Part shown: positions 1 through 12,865 of the stretch, piece after piece
Layout of the letters: the number at the start of each line of letters is the position of its first letter
Position numbering within the stretch: position 1 is the first letter of the stretch
Assembly: GCF_009914755.1 (NCBI RefSeq)
Contig: NC_060932.1
Direction: 5' to 3' (one strand)
Length of the DNA stretch: 64,000 nucleotides
From: the human T2T-CHM13v2.0 reference genome, Homo sapiens
Program-made: the position numbers and the translations under genes
Notes under the pieces: generated by a model
Databases searched by the model: none
Told to the model about the DNA's origin: nothing
Seen by the model: only the letters and a program-made list of their open reading frames with translations

Positions 1-589
1 CTGGTGGCACACATTTTAATGAAGGTGGAGGATATGTGATATGGAATTTTTTTTTTACAATAAGGGGAGCCTGACAAAAAAAAAAGGAGGATGCAAGGAA
101 AAGGAAAAGGGGTAACAGAAATGCCCTGGACTTTTAAGGGTAAGTTGGGGAATATTGATGATGATCCTGTCAATTAATTTGTATTTAAGACAATAAAAGA
201 GAGGAAATAAAAAGGGAAAGGAGAAACCAGAGAAAGGTAAAGTTCTAGCAACTATTTTCCCAGGAAAAATGCCATTATTGGAACAGCCTTAATGCTATGA
301 CCAACAGTGGGAGAGGAAATAGATGAGTGTGGTACAATTCGATGGGGAGGCAATCAGAGTAGCAGTTACTGAATTTTATCTCCCCGAATCAGATAACATT
401 TTGAAAGTCGATGGAAAAAAATTGATTGCCTTAAACTTAGAGAATGGTGAAATCTCTCTCTAATAGTTATAAACATGGAAGCTATTTCCAGAGCAACTAT
501 AAAATACTCCTATTTGGGTGGGAGAAGGATGGCTCTGCATACCTGCAGACCATGGTCTCATATATCTCTCAGAAAAGGCTAGTGGAACA

Positions 590-1110
590 TGGAAATTTTG
601 AAAAATGACTGCAGATTTTTTGACATTCTTCCTATTAAGAAGTGGGTCTATGTCCCTTTCCCTTGAATCTGGGCAGTTGTGACTGTTTTGGCCAATAGAA
701 TAAAACAAAATGATATCACGTAATGTTTGAGGCCAGGTCGTGAAAGGCTATGTAGCTCCTAGTTTTTGGGAATTCTTGCTCCCCCTCAGGATATTCCCCC
801 TCAGAACTCAGCTGCCATGCTAAGAGAGGAAACACCATGAAGGGGCCATGTGTAGGTACTCTGATCAACTATCCCAGCAGAACCCAGCCTGAGAGTCATC
901 CCAGATCAGACACAGATGTAAGAGTGACAAGCCTTCAGGTGATTTCTGTCTACAACCATTTCAGTCCTCAGAGCTGAGGCCCCAGACATTGTGCTACTGC
1001 AGAGCAGAGATAAGTCATCCTTGACCAATAGAATCTGGGAGCCTAATAAAATATGTTTCATACTGCTAAGTTGGGGGTAGTTTTTTACCCACCATAGATA
1101 ATAAATCCAG
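590..1110 (+). mobile_element. MaLR solo LTR, MLT1-type (old, diverged)
   Basis: MLT1-like motifs 'tttgacattcttcctattaagaagtgggtctatgtccctttcccttgaatctggg' and 3' end 'aataaaatatgtttcatactgctaagttgggg...atagataa'; boundaries approximate. Confidence 0.65.
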
Positions 1111-1682
1111 AAAGACAAGCTCTCCCCATCAAGTAGATGTACCTATTTCCACTAGAATAGTAATGCAACCAGTTGGGAATAATATATTTAATTTTATGAA
1201 ATAATAAAACTATTGTCTTAATAGGTATTTCCAACCTTGGAAAGGTTTAAAAGTAAGTAGTTGATTAAATAAACCAACACAAAATATTAATATTCTGTTT
1301 TAAATTCAATATTAGTGCATTCATAATTAATACAACTTTTGTATATTGAGATTCTGACAGATAAGCCTTGTAATTTCCTTTAAATAATTGAATAATTGGC
1401 TTTAAGTACACAATCTTAAAATAAAAGTTACATAAAGAGTTTAAATATTTCAGAGAATTGAAGTTAACTCAGTTGTAAGTTAAACTCTGTTGAAGGGAGT
1501 TTTATTTCATCAACTTTAGTTGTTTATGGAACGTCTTTAATCAGAAAAAAGTGTGGATGACTGTTCTCAGTTTATTATTAAAATCTAAATGTTAATTTAA
1601 TAAACACTGAATATTAATTTTAGGTATAAATAATTCTAAACAATCTTCACATACACAAGAATATGACCTTCTCATAGACCAT

Positions 1683-2060
1683 TGATATGGTTAAGCTTTA
1701 TGTCCCTACCCAAATCTCATCTTAAATTATAATCCCCATAATATCCATGTGTCAAGGAAAAGACAAGGTCAAGGTAATTGAATCATGGGGGCAGTTTCCC
1801 CCATGCTGTTCTCATGGTATTTAGTAAGATCTCATGTGATCTAATGGTTTTATAAGGGTCTCTTTCCCCTTCACTCGGCATTTGTCCTTCCTGCAGCCTT
1901 GTGAAGAAGGTGCCTTGTGTCCCCTTCACCTTCTACTATGATTATAAGTTACCTGAGGCCTCTCCAGCCATGCTGAACTGTGAGTCAATTAAACTTCTTT
2001 CCTTTATAAATTACCCAGTCTCGGGCAGTTATTTATAGCAGTAGAAAATGGACTAATACA
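1683..2060 (+). mobile_element. MaLR solo LTR, THE1D/MSTA-type
   Basis: Starts tgatatgg...cccaaatctcatctt, ends 'gactaataca'; contains the typical 'ccagccatgctgaactgtgagtcaattaaac'. Confidence 0.9.
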
Positions 2061-2404
2061 GATATTAAAAATGTACATTGATAAAAATATTGTGGGAAAG
2101 GGCATAAAAAGCTAGAAAAAGAAATAGGAAAGGGGCAGAGTTCTAACAATTTTCTCCATAAGACAAGCACCAGAGTTGGGGCTCCAGGGAAAGACTAGTA
2201 TTCTGCGACACACAGGAGAAAGTTTGCAGCTTCTGGGGAATGTGCTGAATGGCTCACACTGATTCCTACCAGAGAGATGATAACCCAACTCTAACAGTGG
2301 ACAGACATAATTGCTGGTATTCCACATTATATAACAGCAAAATACTTTAGGCTGCAGTTTGGAGCAATTTCCTTTTATTCATTTATAAATACCAGATTGT
2401 TTAT

Positions 2405-2660
2405 ATTTATAAATAAATAAGAGGATAACCAGATGTTTTTATAGACTGATGACCAGATACTTTTATACTTAAACTAAGCCAGAGAATTTATATTCATAAA
2501 TAGTTTATACTTATATTTATTTATAAAATATTTATATTTATTTATAATAAATATATACATAAATATAAACTCTCTGGTTTAGTTTAAATATAAAAGCATC
2601 TGGTTATCAGCCTTTTCTAATTATAAAAACATTTGAGTCATCATTCATTCATTTATTTAT
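2405..2660. repeat. AT-rich imperfect palindrome (~255 bp), possibly a decayed MITE
   Basis: 2444-2494 is the near reverse complement of 2562-2612; outer arms 2409-2443 and 2621-2660 also pair. Confidence 0.8.
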
Positions 2661-3752
2661 GTGCACCATAAACTTTGTATCCAAGGCAACTTATAATATT
2701 GAATACTTAAGTGTTAGTATTAGACAAATAAGGGTAAAGAACAAGAGTTTTTAAAAGAAACATTGTAAAATAATAGTTAAAGAATTGTTTCAAATTCAGA
2801 TGAATTCCTTAAAAATGGAGACTAAAATGTGAGGCTCAATGGATTAAACAGATCTTTTAGTATATCTTTTACTATCTTTTGATTAAGTGAGCTCATCTCC
2901 TATAACCTTTCAGCATAGTTCCTATTTCCTCACTCCATAATCATTTTTACTTTTCTGGATTAAAACACTTTAAAGTATTTTTTCCAAATGCATCTTAAGT
3001 TGTGGAGCCCCAAATTGAATACTAGTGAGCAATTAGCAAAGTTGTGAACTGTAACATAAAAGTTAAATTAGGAAAATTATCTTGTAGTAAACAATGTAAC
3101 AGAACAAAGTGGCACACACATCAAATAACCTATTCTGAAAAAAACAAACAAACAAACAAAAAAACAGTATAAAACCTGAATGTTCAATTGGGGCAGGGTA
3201 GGGGATAGAATTAGAACCATCATAGAAACCTGAGTTGATAGAACACAAAATTGCAAACCTAATTTTACGATGTTGTTGCTTTCTACAGAGATAATACAAG
3301 CTAATTATTTTGTAAAAGCTAAAGCTAAAAAGTTTAATAAAGAAAAGTGTTCCTGACTGCCCAGAGGTAAACAGGTAATATCGTAAAGACGCTTTCTAAA
3401 CTCACTGTAGGCATATGCAACGTGGAGAAGATGTTACCCAGATGGGCACCTCCCCCTCTGTAGCTGCTTCCACTCTCCAGCCATTAAAATGCAGACTTGG
3501 GTTCCATCACCACTTTCCACATGAAATGTAACCTCAGGGAGCATTTAATTTTAACTTTTGATAGATTTTAAAGATGATTTGAGAGTATGCAGGAAGGAAT
3601 TACATCCCACACCATCTATCAGGTCATCTTCATCTGACCCCAAATTCCCATGACATTTCCTGTCCAGGGTACCTCCCAGCCCTCTCCCACTCCACTTCTT
3701 TCCCATTTTTTTCCCCACGCTGTTCCCAGTTTCACTATCTCCCATTCTCTTT

Positions 3753-4115
3753 TGTTAAAATAAAAACTTTAGACAAAATAAATCTAACAGTTTATTTGTG
3801 CAAAGAATGATTTATGAATCAGGCGGCATTCATAACCAGAAGTCCAGAGGGCTCCACTCCACCTGCCTGAGCAGTGAGTTTTCATAGACTGAACAGAAGG
3901 AATTCATTGGCTACAATAAATGTGCTTGCCTTATTTGTATATGGCCGATAGGAGGTTCCCAGTTATATAATCAATTGGCTGGTTGACCCAAGCAGAGGCT
4001 CAAGATTTTATCTCATTTTTGTTGTTGTTATTGTTGTTGTTTTCCATCAGTTACAAAAAATACTCCCAAACCTGGCAACCTCAGGCTAATGGCCTCCTTC
4101 TTATTTGTTTTAACA
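3753..4115. mobile_element. ERV1-class solo LTR (family not assigned)
   Basis: TG...CA termini with short inverted repeat (tgttaaaa...ttttaaca), ~360 bp, ATTGG/CCAAT boxes, flanks cttt/tttt. Confidence 0.65.
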
Positions 4116-4934
4116 TTTTCATATCCACCCTACACATCTCAATTGTGAAGAGCAATTCAGCCCCATGTTGATACCGACCTCTGAGTTACTGCTAGCAAGT
4201 TAGCACCATCATGGGGAAATTGGTCATGTTTTGTTTCTGTTGCATCTCTGGCACCTAGGAAAATGCAATGCAATGGCATTCCTAGACTGCACCTTCTCCC
4301 ACAGATTTCCTTCTGGGCTGGAGCTCCATCAGCTGAGTGCTTGGCTGCCTGCCCCACCTCCTCTGTGAGATGGCAAATAGATGATTTGCGTGCCACTTTT
4401 CGTTCCTCTGTGGATCAAAATATGTCTCTGTTTTCTAAGCCTAATTTTTGGAGGGTCAGAGTTGGACTGTCCTCATGGGTAAAATCTATCACAATATACC
4501 CATCCTCTTTATAATAATAACAAAATAGACAGCATTCCTTCTCCACAGAAGCCAGGCAGTATGATGTTGATCTGTTAAGCATTACCTGAATCTTGCCTAT
4601 ACCAGATTAGGCTCCAGAGAGTGCATTCCTGGAGGAATTTACCTCAAATCACACATTAAGGTTTTTTCTTATGCCTATGAGAGGAAGTGCTACATTAAAG
4701 AGGAGAAGCCAAAACCTTCAATATATATAGCAAATTAACTTCTAGAACAATTGCATCTAGTTTTGATTCCACCTGCATTATACGAGAAAATATGTTTTTC
4801 CATAGCCTTGCCTGTACTGGGTATTGTCATCTTTTTATGGTGTTGCCTATTGGATAAATAAAAACTACTGTCAAATTAGTGCATTGATAATTATGTTAAT
4901 TGCTAGTATGGTTGGACATTAGTTCAAGTGTTTA

Positions 4935-5235
<301 letters not shown>

Positions 5236-5599
5236 CTATCAAATTTTCTACAGATAATTTGTCCCAGTTTATCATTTGTCTTTCCATCTTATTTATGGTA
5301 TATTATGCCAGGAAGAACTTACTTTTTAGAAATTAATTTAATCAAATCTATCATTTTCTTTTATGATTTCTTGATTTAAAAATTTTTAAAACTATGATGC
5401 AGGGGTGAAATAAGACAATCCTCTGATTTTGAATATTCATTGCTCAAAACTTTTATTTCAGTGATGTTTGTAATAAGGAAAAAAATGAAAGCACTCTAAA
5501 GAACTTTTGATGGGCAATGATTACCTAATGATTTTTCATCCAGTATCCTGCCATTAACATCATTATTATGACACAACATGGTAAAAGATAGCATAGGCA

Positions 5600-5780
5600 G
5601 GATAGCATAATGGTTAGGAAGCCTCCCTGAGCCAGATTTTTGGCAACTTACTTGAATTCTCTGACTCTTCGATTCCTCATCTGTGATGAGGGGGTTATAA
5701 AGCTGTCTCACAGGGCCACTATGGTAGCAACCGGGATCTTGCACATGAAGAATTAAGTACAGCCTTGATACAAAATTTCC
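5600..5780 (+). mobile_element. MIR fragment
   Basis: 'agcataatggttagg...ggcaacttacttgaattctctgactc...cctcatctgtga' MIR core-like. Confidence 0.6.
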
Positions 5781-5929
5781 ACTCAATAGGGTAAGGTATT
5801 TATAGTTGAAAAGATAAAAGTGGAAAAGACAAAAGTAACAATAGCCATTGGGTTAGGATAGCAGGTTAATTTTTTTTCCTTTGTTTTCAAAACTGTCTAT
5901 AATGTTATATTATTTAAAGAAAAATTTAA

Positions 5930-6350
5930 GATAAATGCGTACACTGGTGTGTTTTACTTCCAAAGGAACATGCCGCTAAGACACTAAGGTTACCTTCAAA
6001 AGAGCAGATGGATTAATTCAGAGAGGAGAGAATAATGATTGCGATGGAGTAGTGAGTTATGAGAAATGATTAAAGATAAAGACTATGTCTGGTGTTGCTA
6101 AGTAATGGCTGAGGGGGGACTAATAGTTGACTACAAAAATCTGACAGGAGAAATACTGAACAGGCAGAGAGAATTATTTAATCAGGTTTAGGACAAATAA
6201 CTAGACAAGTATAAAGAAGGAAAGAAAAATTTACCCTGAATGGGAGAGAAAACTTTCTGACAGTGAAAATTTTTATACAAGGAACATCTTCCAAGAAAAG
6301 TGATGAAAGCCCATCCCTAGAGATATTTAAAATAAGGTTGGATGGATACC
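5930..6350 (+). mobile_element. Ancient CR1/L3-type LINE 3' fragment
   Basis: Resembles a CR1 3' region ('ggctgagggggac...gaaaactttctgacagtga...cccatccctagagatatttaaaataaggttggat'); highly diverged. Confidence 0.4.
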
Positions 6351-6719
6351 AAAAAATATGTATGACAGAACCACAGTGCTTTGATTCGGTATTAGCTTCC
6401 ATCTCTGATTTTATAGCAGCCTTGGAAAAAAAATAGGTCACTCAGTCATGGTGAATGATTAAAATGTGGCTCAGGCAACCAAGTGTTTGAGCAGTTTTGA
6501 GGTGTCCTACTTCCATGCTAGGCACAAAACTAACCTGAGTCAATGTCTGTGCCACAATGTGGCTGCCACATATGAGATGGTGGTGGGTTCGGGTGGGCTC
6601 TTAGCAAACTACCTGTTCCTGAACCAAAATTTATATACCTGTCAATCAGTTCCTGAATCCCAGAGTACTACAGCCCAAAGGGACTTGGCCTAACAGCTTC
6701 CTTTGAAGATAATAATTTG

Positions 6720-6916
6720 CTCTACTTATTAAGTATATACATGGTACCAAACAGTGTATTAGGTGTTTTGCCAATGGAATCTCTTTGGATTCTCACAACC
6801 ACCTCGGAGGGTAGCTATTGTTATCCACGTATTTAAAATGAAGGCTCAAAAAGATTAAGTCCTGTCCCAAGGTCACATGGAAAGTAAGAGCTGAAATGAG
6901 GATTTCAATCTAGGTG
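6720..6916 (-). mobile_element. MIR interrupted by a MaLR LTR
   Basis: 'tctcacaaccacctcggagggtagctattgttatcc...aggctcaaaaagattaagtcctgtcccaaggtcaca'; resumes at ~7577. Confidence 0.7.
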
Positions 6917-7576
6917 TGTATTAGTTCATTTTTACACTGCTATAAAGAAATACCCAGCCAGGTGTGGTGGCTCTTGCCTGTAATCCTAGCATTTTGGAAG
7001 GCCTAGGCGAGCGGATTGCTTGAGGCCAGGAGATCGAGACCCACCTGGCCAACATGGCAAAACCCTGCCTGTACTAAAAATACAAAAGGCCAGGCGTGGT
7101 GGCACACACCTGTAGTCTCAGCTACTTAGGAGGCTGAGGCAGGAGAATTGCTTGAACCTGGGAGGTGGGGGTTGCAGTGAGCTGAGATCAGTCACTGCAC
7201 TCCAGCCTGGGTGACAGAGCAAGACTCCATCTCAAAAAAAAGAAGAAGAAATACTGAAGACTGGGTGATTTATAAAGATTTAATTGACCCACCGTTCTGC
7301 AGCCTTAACAGGAAGCATGGCTAGGGAGGCCTCCAGAAATTTACAATCATGGTGGAAGGGGAAGTAGGCACCTTGTTCACAAGGCAGCAGGAAAGAGAAG
7401 TGCAAGCAGGGGAAATGCCAGATGCTTATAAAACCATCAGATCTCATGAGAACTCACTATTACGAGAACAGCATGGGGGAAGCAGCCCCCGTGATCCAAT
7501 CACCTCCCTCCTTCCACATATGGGGATTACAATTCGAGATGAGATTTGGGTAGGAACACAGAGCCAAACCATATCA
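6917..7576 (-). mobile_element. MSTA/THE1-type MaLR solo LTR, interrupted by an Alu
   Basis: tgtattag...ccaaaccatatca termini; 5-bp TSD aggtg (6912-6916)/aggta (7577-7581). Confidence 0.9.
6956..7245 (+). mobile_element. Full-length Alu (AluS-like)
   Basis: Dimeric Alu with A-tail; TSD aagaaatac at 6945-6953 and 7246-7254. Confidence 0.95.
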
Positions 7577-9250
7577 AGGTATATTTCTGAAGCTTCTCAT
7601 CCTTTCCTCTCTACTCGGCTGTCTCGATAGATTAGAAGAGGAACAATTCATGAAAGATCACCGTCCAATTTTAGAGCCCAGACTACAACTTGGAATCCTT
7701 GTTCTTGGTCTCTGTCCTTAACCAAAATCAGTTCTCATCTCTATCTTCTTGAGCCCCTGTTCCATTCCCTTGCCCTCTCCTCCTTTGATAAGAAGCAGAA
7801 AAAGAAAGAAAATTATATTTTTGATGTTACAAACTTGGGATAGGAAGAAAGAATGTGTATATGTAAATTTAGCCTTTTGATTCTTTAGGTTTCTTTACTT
7901 AATGCCAAAACTCATTGTATTATTTAACCCCAGTATTCTACATTTAAATATTCTCTGAATCCAAAAAAATTCTGGTCCCTTTATAATAAAGTAAGACTCA
8001 TTGTACATGTAGCTCAGATATGCACTTTGAAGTCTAATAATCTAAAATAAGTTGAACAATTAAAATAGGAATAATAATGTGTCTTCAAGATGCTTCACTT
8101 TTGCATTTCCCAACTAATATCCATCATATTGCAAGACAAAGGGAACTTGTAAGAACATAAAATTTGCAACATACTCTATCAGCTCTGAATGTGTTAATGC
8201 CATATCTACTTTTTTTTTCATTTTTCTCTTAATAGGTTGCATTCTTTCTAGGCATAGTTCTCAATCTAATAAAGTTAAGTAGTAGAGAAACATTTTGAAA
8301 TGACTTTGATCAGTCAGGAGCTAACCAAAGACCAATAACTATCTGAAGATTTCTATCACCTAGAAAGGTTTATGTTTTCTCCAACTCAATGGAAATATCT
8401 TATCACATATTATTCAGGCCTTTCTTCTTTGTATCATCTTCCTATATATGAAGCTAATTATGTCTGGAAGAGAAAATCTAAATGCCTTACCGTCTTCAGG
8501 CATCCATTCCTCCAAATCCTAAGAATCATACTGAAAAAAAGCAAAATCTTGTAAAATGAAATTGTTTCTAACAGTATTTAATACATTTGAAAGAGGAAAT
8601 GGATTGGCAGTGGAGAGAATGAAGGTTGGGAAAAATATTGTATTTGTTCTTCTTATGCTGCACATGAAAGGATCGTCTGCTAAAAAAATACCTTTCCTTG
8701 TACAGAGAGGTATTTCTTCTCTACCACACTGGCTAAGGCACACATAAGTCAATGGTCCCCTGCATTGGCCACTGGAAGAAACTGAGGAAATTGCTTGCAG
8801 TTATAGTCTATTCAGAAAAGTTGAGTATGACACAGACCTATATGTTTAAAAGAAGAGCAGGTTTGTTTGTTTGTTTTCTAGCAGCATTTTATGAATTTTA
8901 AGGTACACCTAGAGATGGGCACACAAAGCCACCACCCACACATGGAAAGCATTTGGAGAACAGGATACCTTCAGTTCCTTCTCTAAGGCTCTGAGTCTGT
9001 TGAGCAGGGCACACCAAACGGGAAAGTCCTTTCTGAAAACAGAGACTGGAATGTTGAATTCTGAACTGGATGGCCTCCTTTTCCATGTCTGTGCATATTC
9101 TCATTTTTCTCTTTATTCGCAAAACAGACAAGACAGTTACCTTTCCTTTCACAAGACCAAAAATGATAATAATTTCTTCAGGAAATCCAAAAATTTGATT
9201 ATTCTGTTACTCTATAGTTCAATATAAAATCCAGTGATCAACTGAGATTA

Positions 9251-9574
<324 letters not shown>

Positions 9575-10947
9575 TCATATTCTTTACCCCAACAACATTA
9601 GGCTTTTATTTATATAATAACTAATTTTTTATAATTAATTCATTTATATATCCGGGGTCTCCATAAACACCCTTCCTATGTCTTCTGCTGACCCAGTATA
9701 TCTTCTGATAATGAAATCTGTTAACAATTGTGGATATTATACTATTTTGATAAAATACTGACTACAGTTTTGCCTCAACATAGCAATCGTATAAATAAAA
9801 TTGAAATTGTATCTTGAAACTCTTTAGTCATCTGCAAAATACAGTCTGAATCACAACATTTTTTGTAATTGTTGAATGTAAGAGAGACAAATGTGAAATA
9901 TCAATAAAATAGTCAAAACACAGATCTCACTTTATTTATCAAATTTAGCCTCAACTGTTCCTTCACATTTTTCAGAGAGTTTCAAATCCTTTGTGTGTTT
10001 TACTAGTAACAAATTATTTAAGACCTGAGTTGTCAAAATAATATGTAATATAAAATTGTGCCCAAATACCACCCACATGCAAATTTATTCCTCCACTAGT
10101 GTGGTGGAATAGTAATACTTTAAGTTAAATAACTTATCCCCCCTTTCAAGATGGAAACCATGTCAAAATGGGAAGAGAATTCCAAACTTGCATTCCAGGG
10201 TGTTTAATTCCTAATTAACTTATAAGGTGATAAAAGCTTATAGGATAATAAAAGTATAGCTAACACTTCTTATAGAGCTGGTGAGGTAATATTATTAACA
10301 CAGAGGGAAACTATACCCACAGAACAATTACTTGGCTAGAGAATTGGCTACAAAAGGGTTTGGAGGTACATTTTCTTCATTTTGGTCTGGTGATTTTACA
10401 AAACCACACTAGGTTCTAGGATTCAAATAGATCCTAGAAATAAAACTTACTTAATTTTAGGTATATCTTCACCTTTTTCCTTAAATCTGTTAATTAATTT
10501 GAACTGGTTTGAGTTTTTCTATTGTGCCCTGGTTGCAGGCCAACTCTAGAGGAAACTGCTAAATGCTAGGCAATGAGAGAAAGCAGAGAAAGAGGCATGG
10601 CCAAGGCCTCTGAAGGCCTCTCCAGACTCTGGACACGAAGAAACAACTGCATTCACCATGCACATATTAATAGACAAAGTGATTACTCTTTAAACATTTC
10701 TAAGCTTTGCTTCTAAGTTTTTGTAAGAAAAAGAAAAATATATAACTCAACCACATCCTGTTGATTCCAAACTTTATCTCAATAAAAACAGGAACTTTTG
10801 GTCACGTTTAGAGGTAAAACTTGTTTGACCACTTCCACACTGACCCAGATCTGGGAGCTCTGTGCTACCTGTTGGCTGAAGGTAAGAATGAAGGAGGGTC
10901 ACAGAGGTGGATCAGATGCTAATAAACCCACATAAATAGCTCTTTTT

Positions 10948-11312
10948 TCTTAATACTTTATTTTATTGTATTTTCCCCATGTATTTATTGAAGCATAATT
11001 GACAGAAAATTGTATATATTTGAGGTGCACAATGTTGCATTTTGATGTAAATATGCCTTGTGTAATGATTCCCACAATCAAGCTCATTAACCTATCCATT
11101 ATCTGACATAGTTACCTTTTTTTGTTGTAATGAGAATAATGAGAACACTCAAGATTTATTTTCTTAGCAAATTTCAAGTATACCAGGGGCTAATGGAGTG
11201 GAAAACATGGGGAAATGTTGGTCAAAGCATACTAACTTACAGTTATAAGGTGAGTAATTTCTAGAAATCCAATAAGCAGCCTGGAGACCCCAGTTAATAA
11301 TGACATGTATTG
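10948..11312 (-). mobile_element. L1MA-type (L1MA9-like) 3' fragment with 5' inversion
   Basis: Minus-strand 3' end ~10948-11183 joined to the plus-strand upstream piece ~11183-11312; TSD aatagctcttttt (10935-10947)/aatagttcttttt (11313-11325). Confidence 0.8.
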
Positions 11313-11590
11313 AATAGTTCTTTTTGAGTACAAGTTGTGTCTATCTAGTTTTCTGAAACAACGGATTATCTCTTTGTAGGTGTTGGTTGCAGGAACATGT
11401 TGAATTGTGAAAATCTCTGATACACCTCAGTTCTCCTCTGCCAATAGTTGAGTGCCCTGCAAAGAGTCTGAAAAATGCCCTGTAGCTGGATCAACAGAAT
11501 ATGACCACTGTGAAGAGGCAGCTACATGGAAATAGTCTGTTCTAGAGAAAGCTTTCTTTTCATCCACATGCTTGTTTTTAAGACAGTTTT

Positions 11591-11979
11591 GAGGTGATCA
11601 TGGCAGACAGGAGGCAGGACTAGCTTGCAGCTCTGGACACAGCAGCATACGGAGGCTTGCATTGTGAATTTGAGCTCCAGATTGACAGCAAGAACAAACC
11701 AGCAAAAGAGGACCCACACACCCTCTGAAGGAAGCAGACTGCTCTTGCAAGACCCAGGAGACACCCCAAATACTGTGAGTGCCCCAACTGCAGAAGTGGG
11801 AAAAGGAGACCCTCCTCTCCTGAACGCACACCTCCACTAGAGAAATTGAAGGTCTGTTTGCAGGATAAGTTCCCAAATTTACCTGGAGCTCAGTTAGTCG
11901 AGCTGAGTGAAATATAGGGGTAGAGGAAGCAGCAGAAAAGCCCTGGGAGCTCGCTGGATCCCCAAGCAGCCCATTCCTG
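11591..11979 (+). mobile_element. 5' end of an old full-length L1 (L1PB1/L1PBa-type 5'UTR), split by a provirus
   Basis: 'gatcatggcagacaggaggcaggactag' L1PB 5' start; sequence resumes seamlessly at 25270 (ccattcctg|cttggcatcacagggatcc). Confidence 0.85.
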
Positions 11980-12649
11980 CATTATGTATAAAGTTTTGGT
12001 GCCACAAAAGAAATAGCACTTGAATATAAAATTTTCTTTTTAATTCTCAGCAAGGCATGTTACTTCTATAGAAGGGTGCGCCCTTACAGATGGAGCAATG
12101 GTGAGCACACACTTGGACAAGGGAGGAGAAGGGGTTCTTATCCCTGACCCACATGGCCCCTGCTGCTGTGTCCTTCCCCTATTGGCTAGGGTTAGACCGC
12201 ACCGGCTAAACTAATTCTGATTGGCTAATTTAAAGAGAATGATTGGGGTGAGTGCTTGGCAGGAGTCAGGGCACAGCAGGTAGCAGGTAACCAGAATGAG
12301 TTAGGGTGGAGCAGGTGATCAGAATGAGTCAGGGTGGAATAGGTAACTGGAATGAGTCAGGATGCAATTGGTAATCGAAAAAGGTTTTCTTACAAGGAAG
12401 TTTAAAAGTAGAAGGCAGGGAGGAGCCAAGATGGCCGAATAGGAACAGCTCCAGTATACAGCTCCCAGCGTGAGCGACGCAGAAGATGGGTGATTTCTGC
12501 ATTTCCATCTGAGGTACCGGGTTCATCTCACTAGGGAGTGCCAGACAGTGGGCGCAGGTCAGTGGGTGCACACACCGTGCACGAGCCGAAGCAGGGTGAG
12601 GCATTGCCTCACTTGGGAAGCACAAGGGTCAGGGAGTTCCCTTTCCAAG

Positions 12650-12865
12650 TCAAAGAAAGGGGTGACGGACGCACCTGGAAAATCGGGTCACTCCCACCCG
12701 AATATTGCGCTTTTCAGACCGGCTTAAAAAACGGCGCACCAGGAGATTATATCCCGCACATGGCTCCAAGGGTCCTACGCCCACGGAGTCTCGCTGATTG
12801 CTAGCACAGCAGTCTGAGATCAAACTGCAAGGCGGCAGCCAGGCTGGGGGAGGGGCGCTCGCCAT
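12650..12865 (-). CDS. ORF0: L1 antisense ORF0, intact (71 aa)
   Basis: MASAPPPAWLPPCSLISDCCASNQRDSVGVGPLEPCAGYNLLVRRFLSRSEKRNIRVGVTRFSRCVRHPFL matches primate L1 ORF0 in length and sequence; expression unknown. Confidence 0.8.
   Translation of the reverse strand: MASAPPPAWLPPCSLISDCCASNQRDSVGVGPLEPCAGYNLLVRRFLSRSEKRNIRVGVTRFSRCVRHPFL

Noticed and set aside
1-460. Purine-rich segment that might be an ancient element
   Set aside because: Could not assign a family or frame; truncated by the window edge
11365-11590. Splice-acceptor-like tctctttgtag/G followed by exon-like sequence
   Set aside because: No sustained open frame or strong donor before the L1PB1; cannot be supported without RNA evidence
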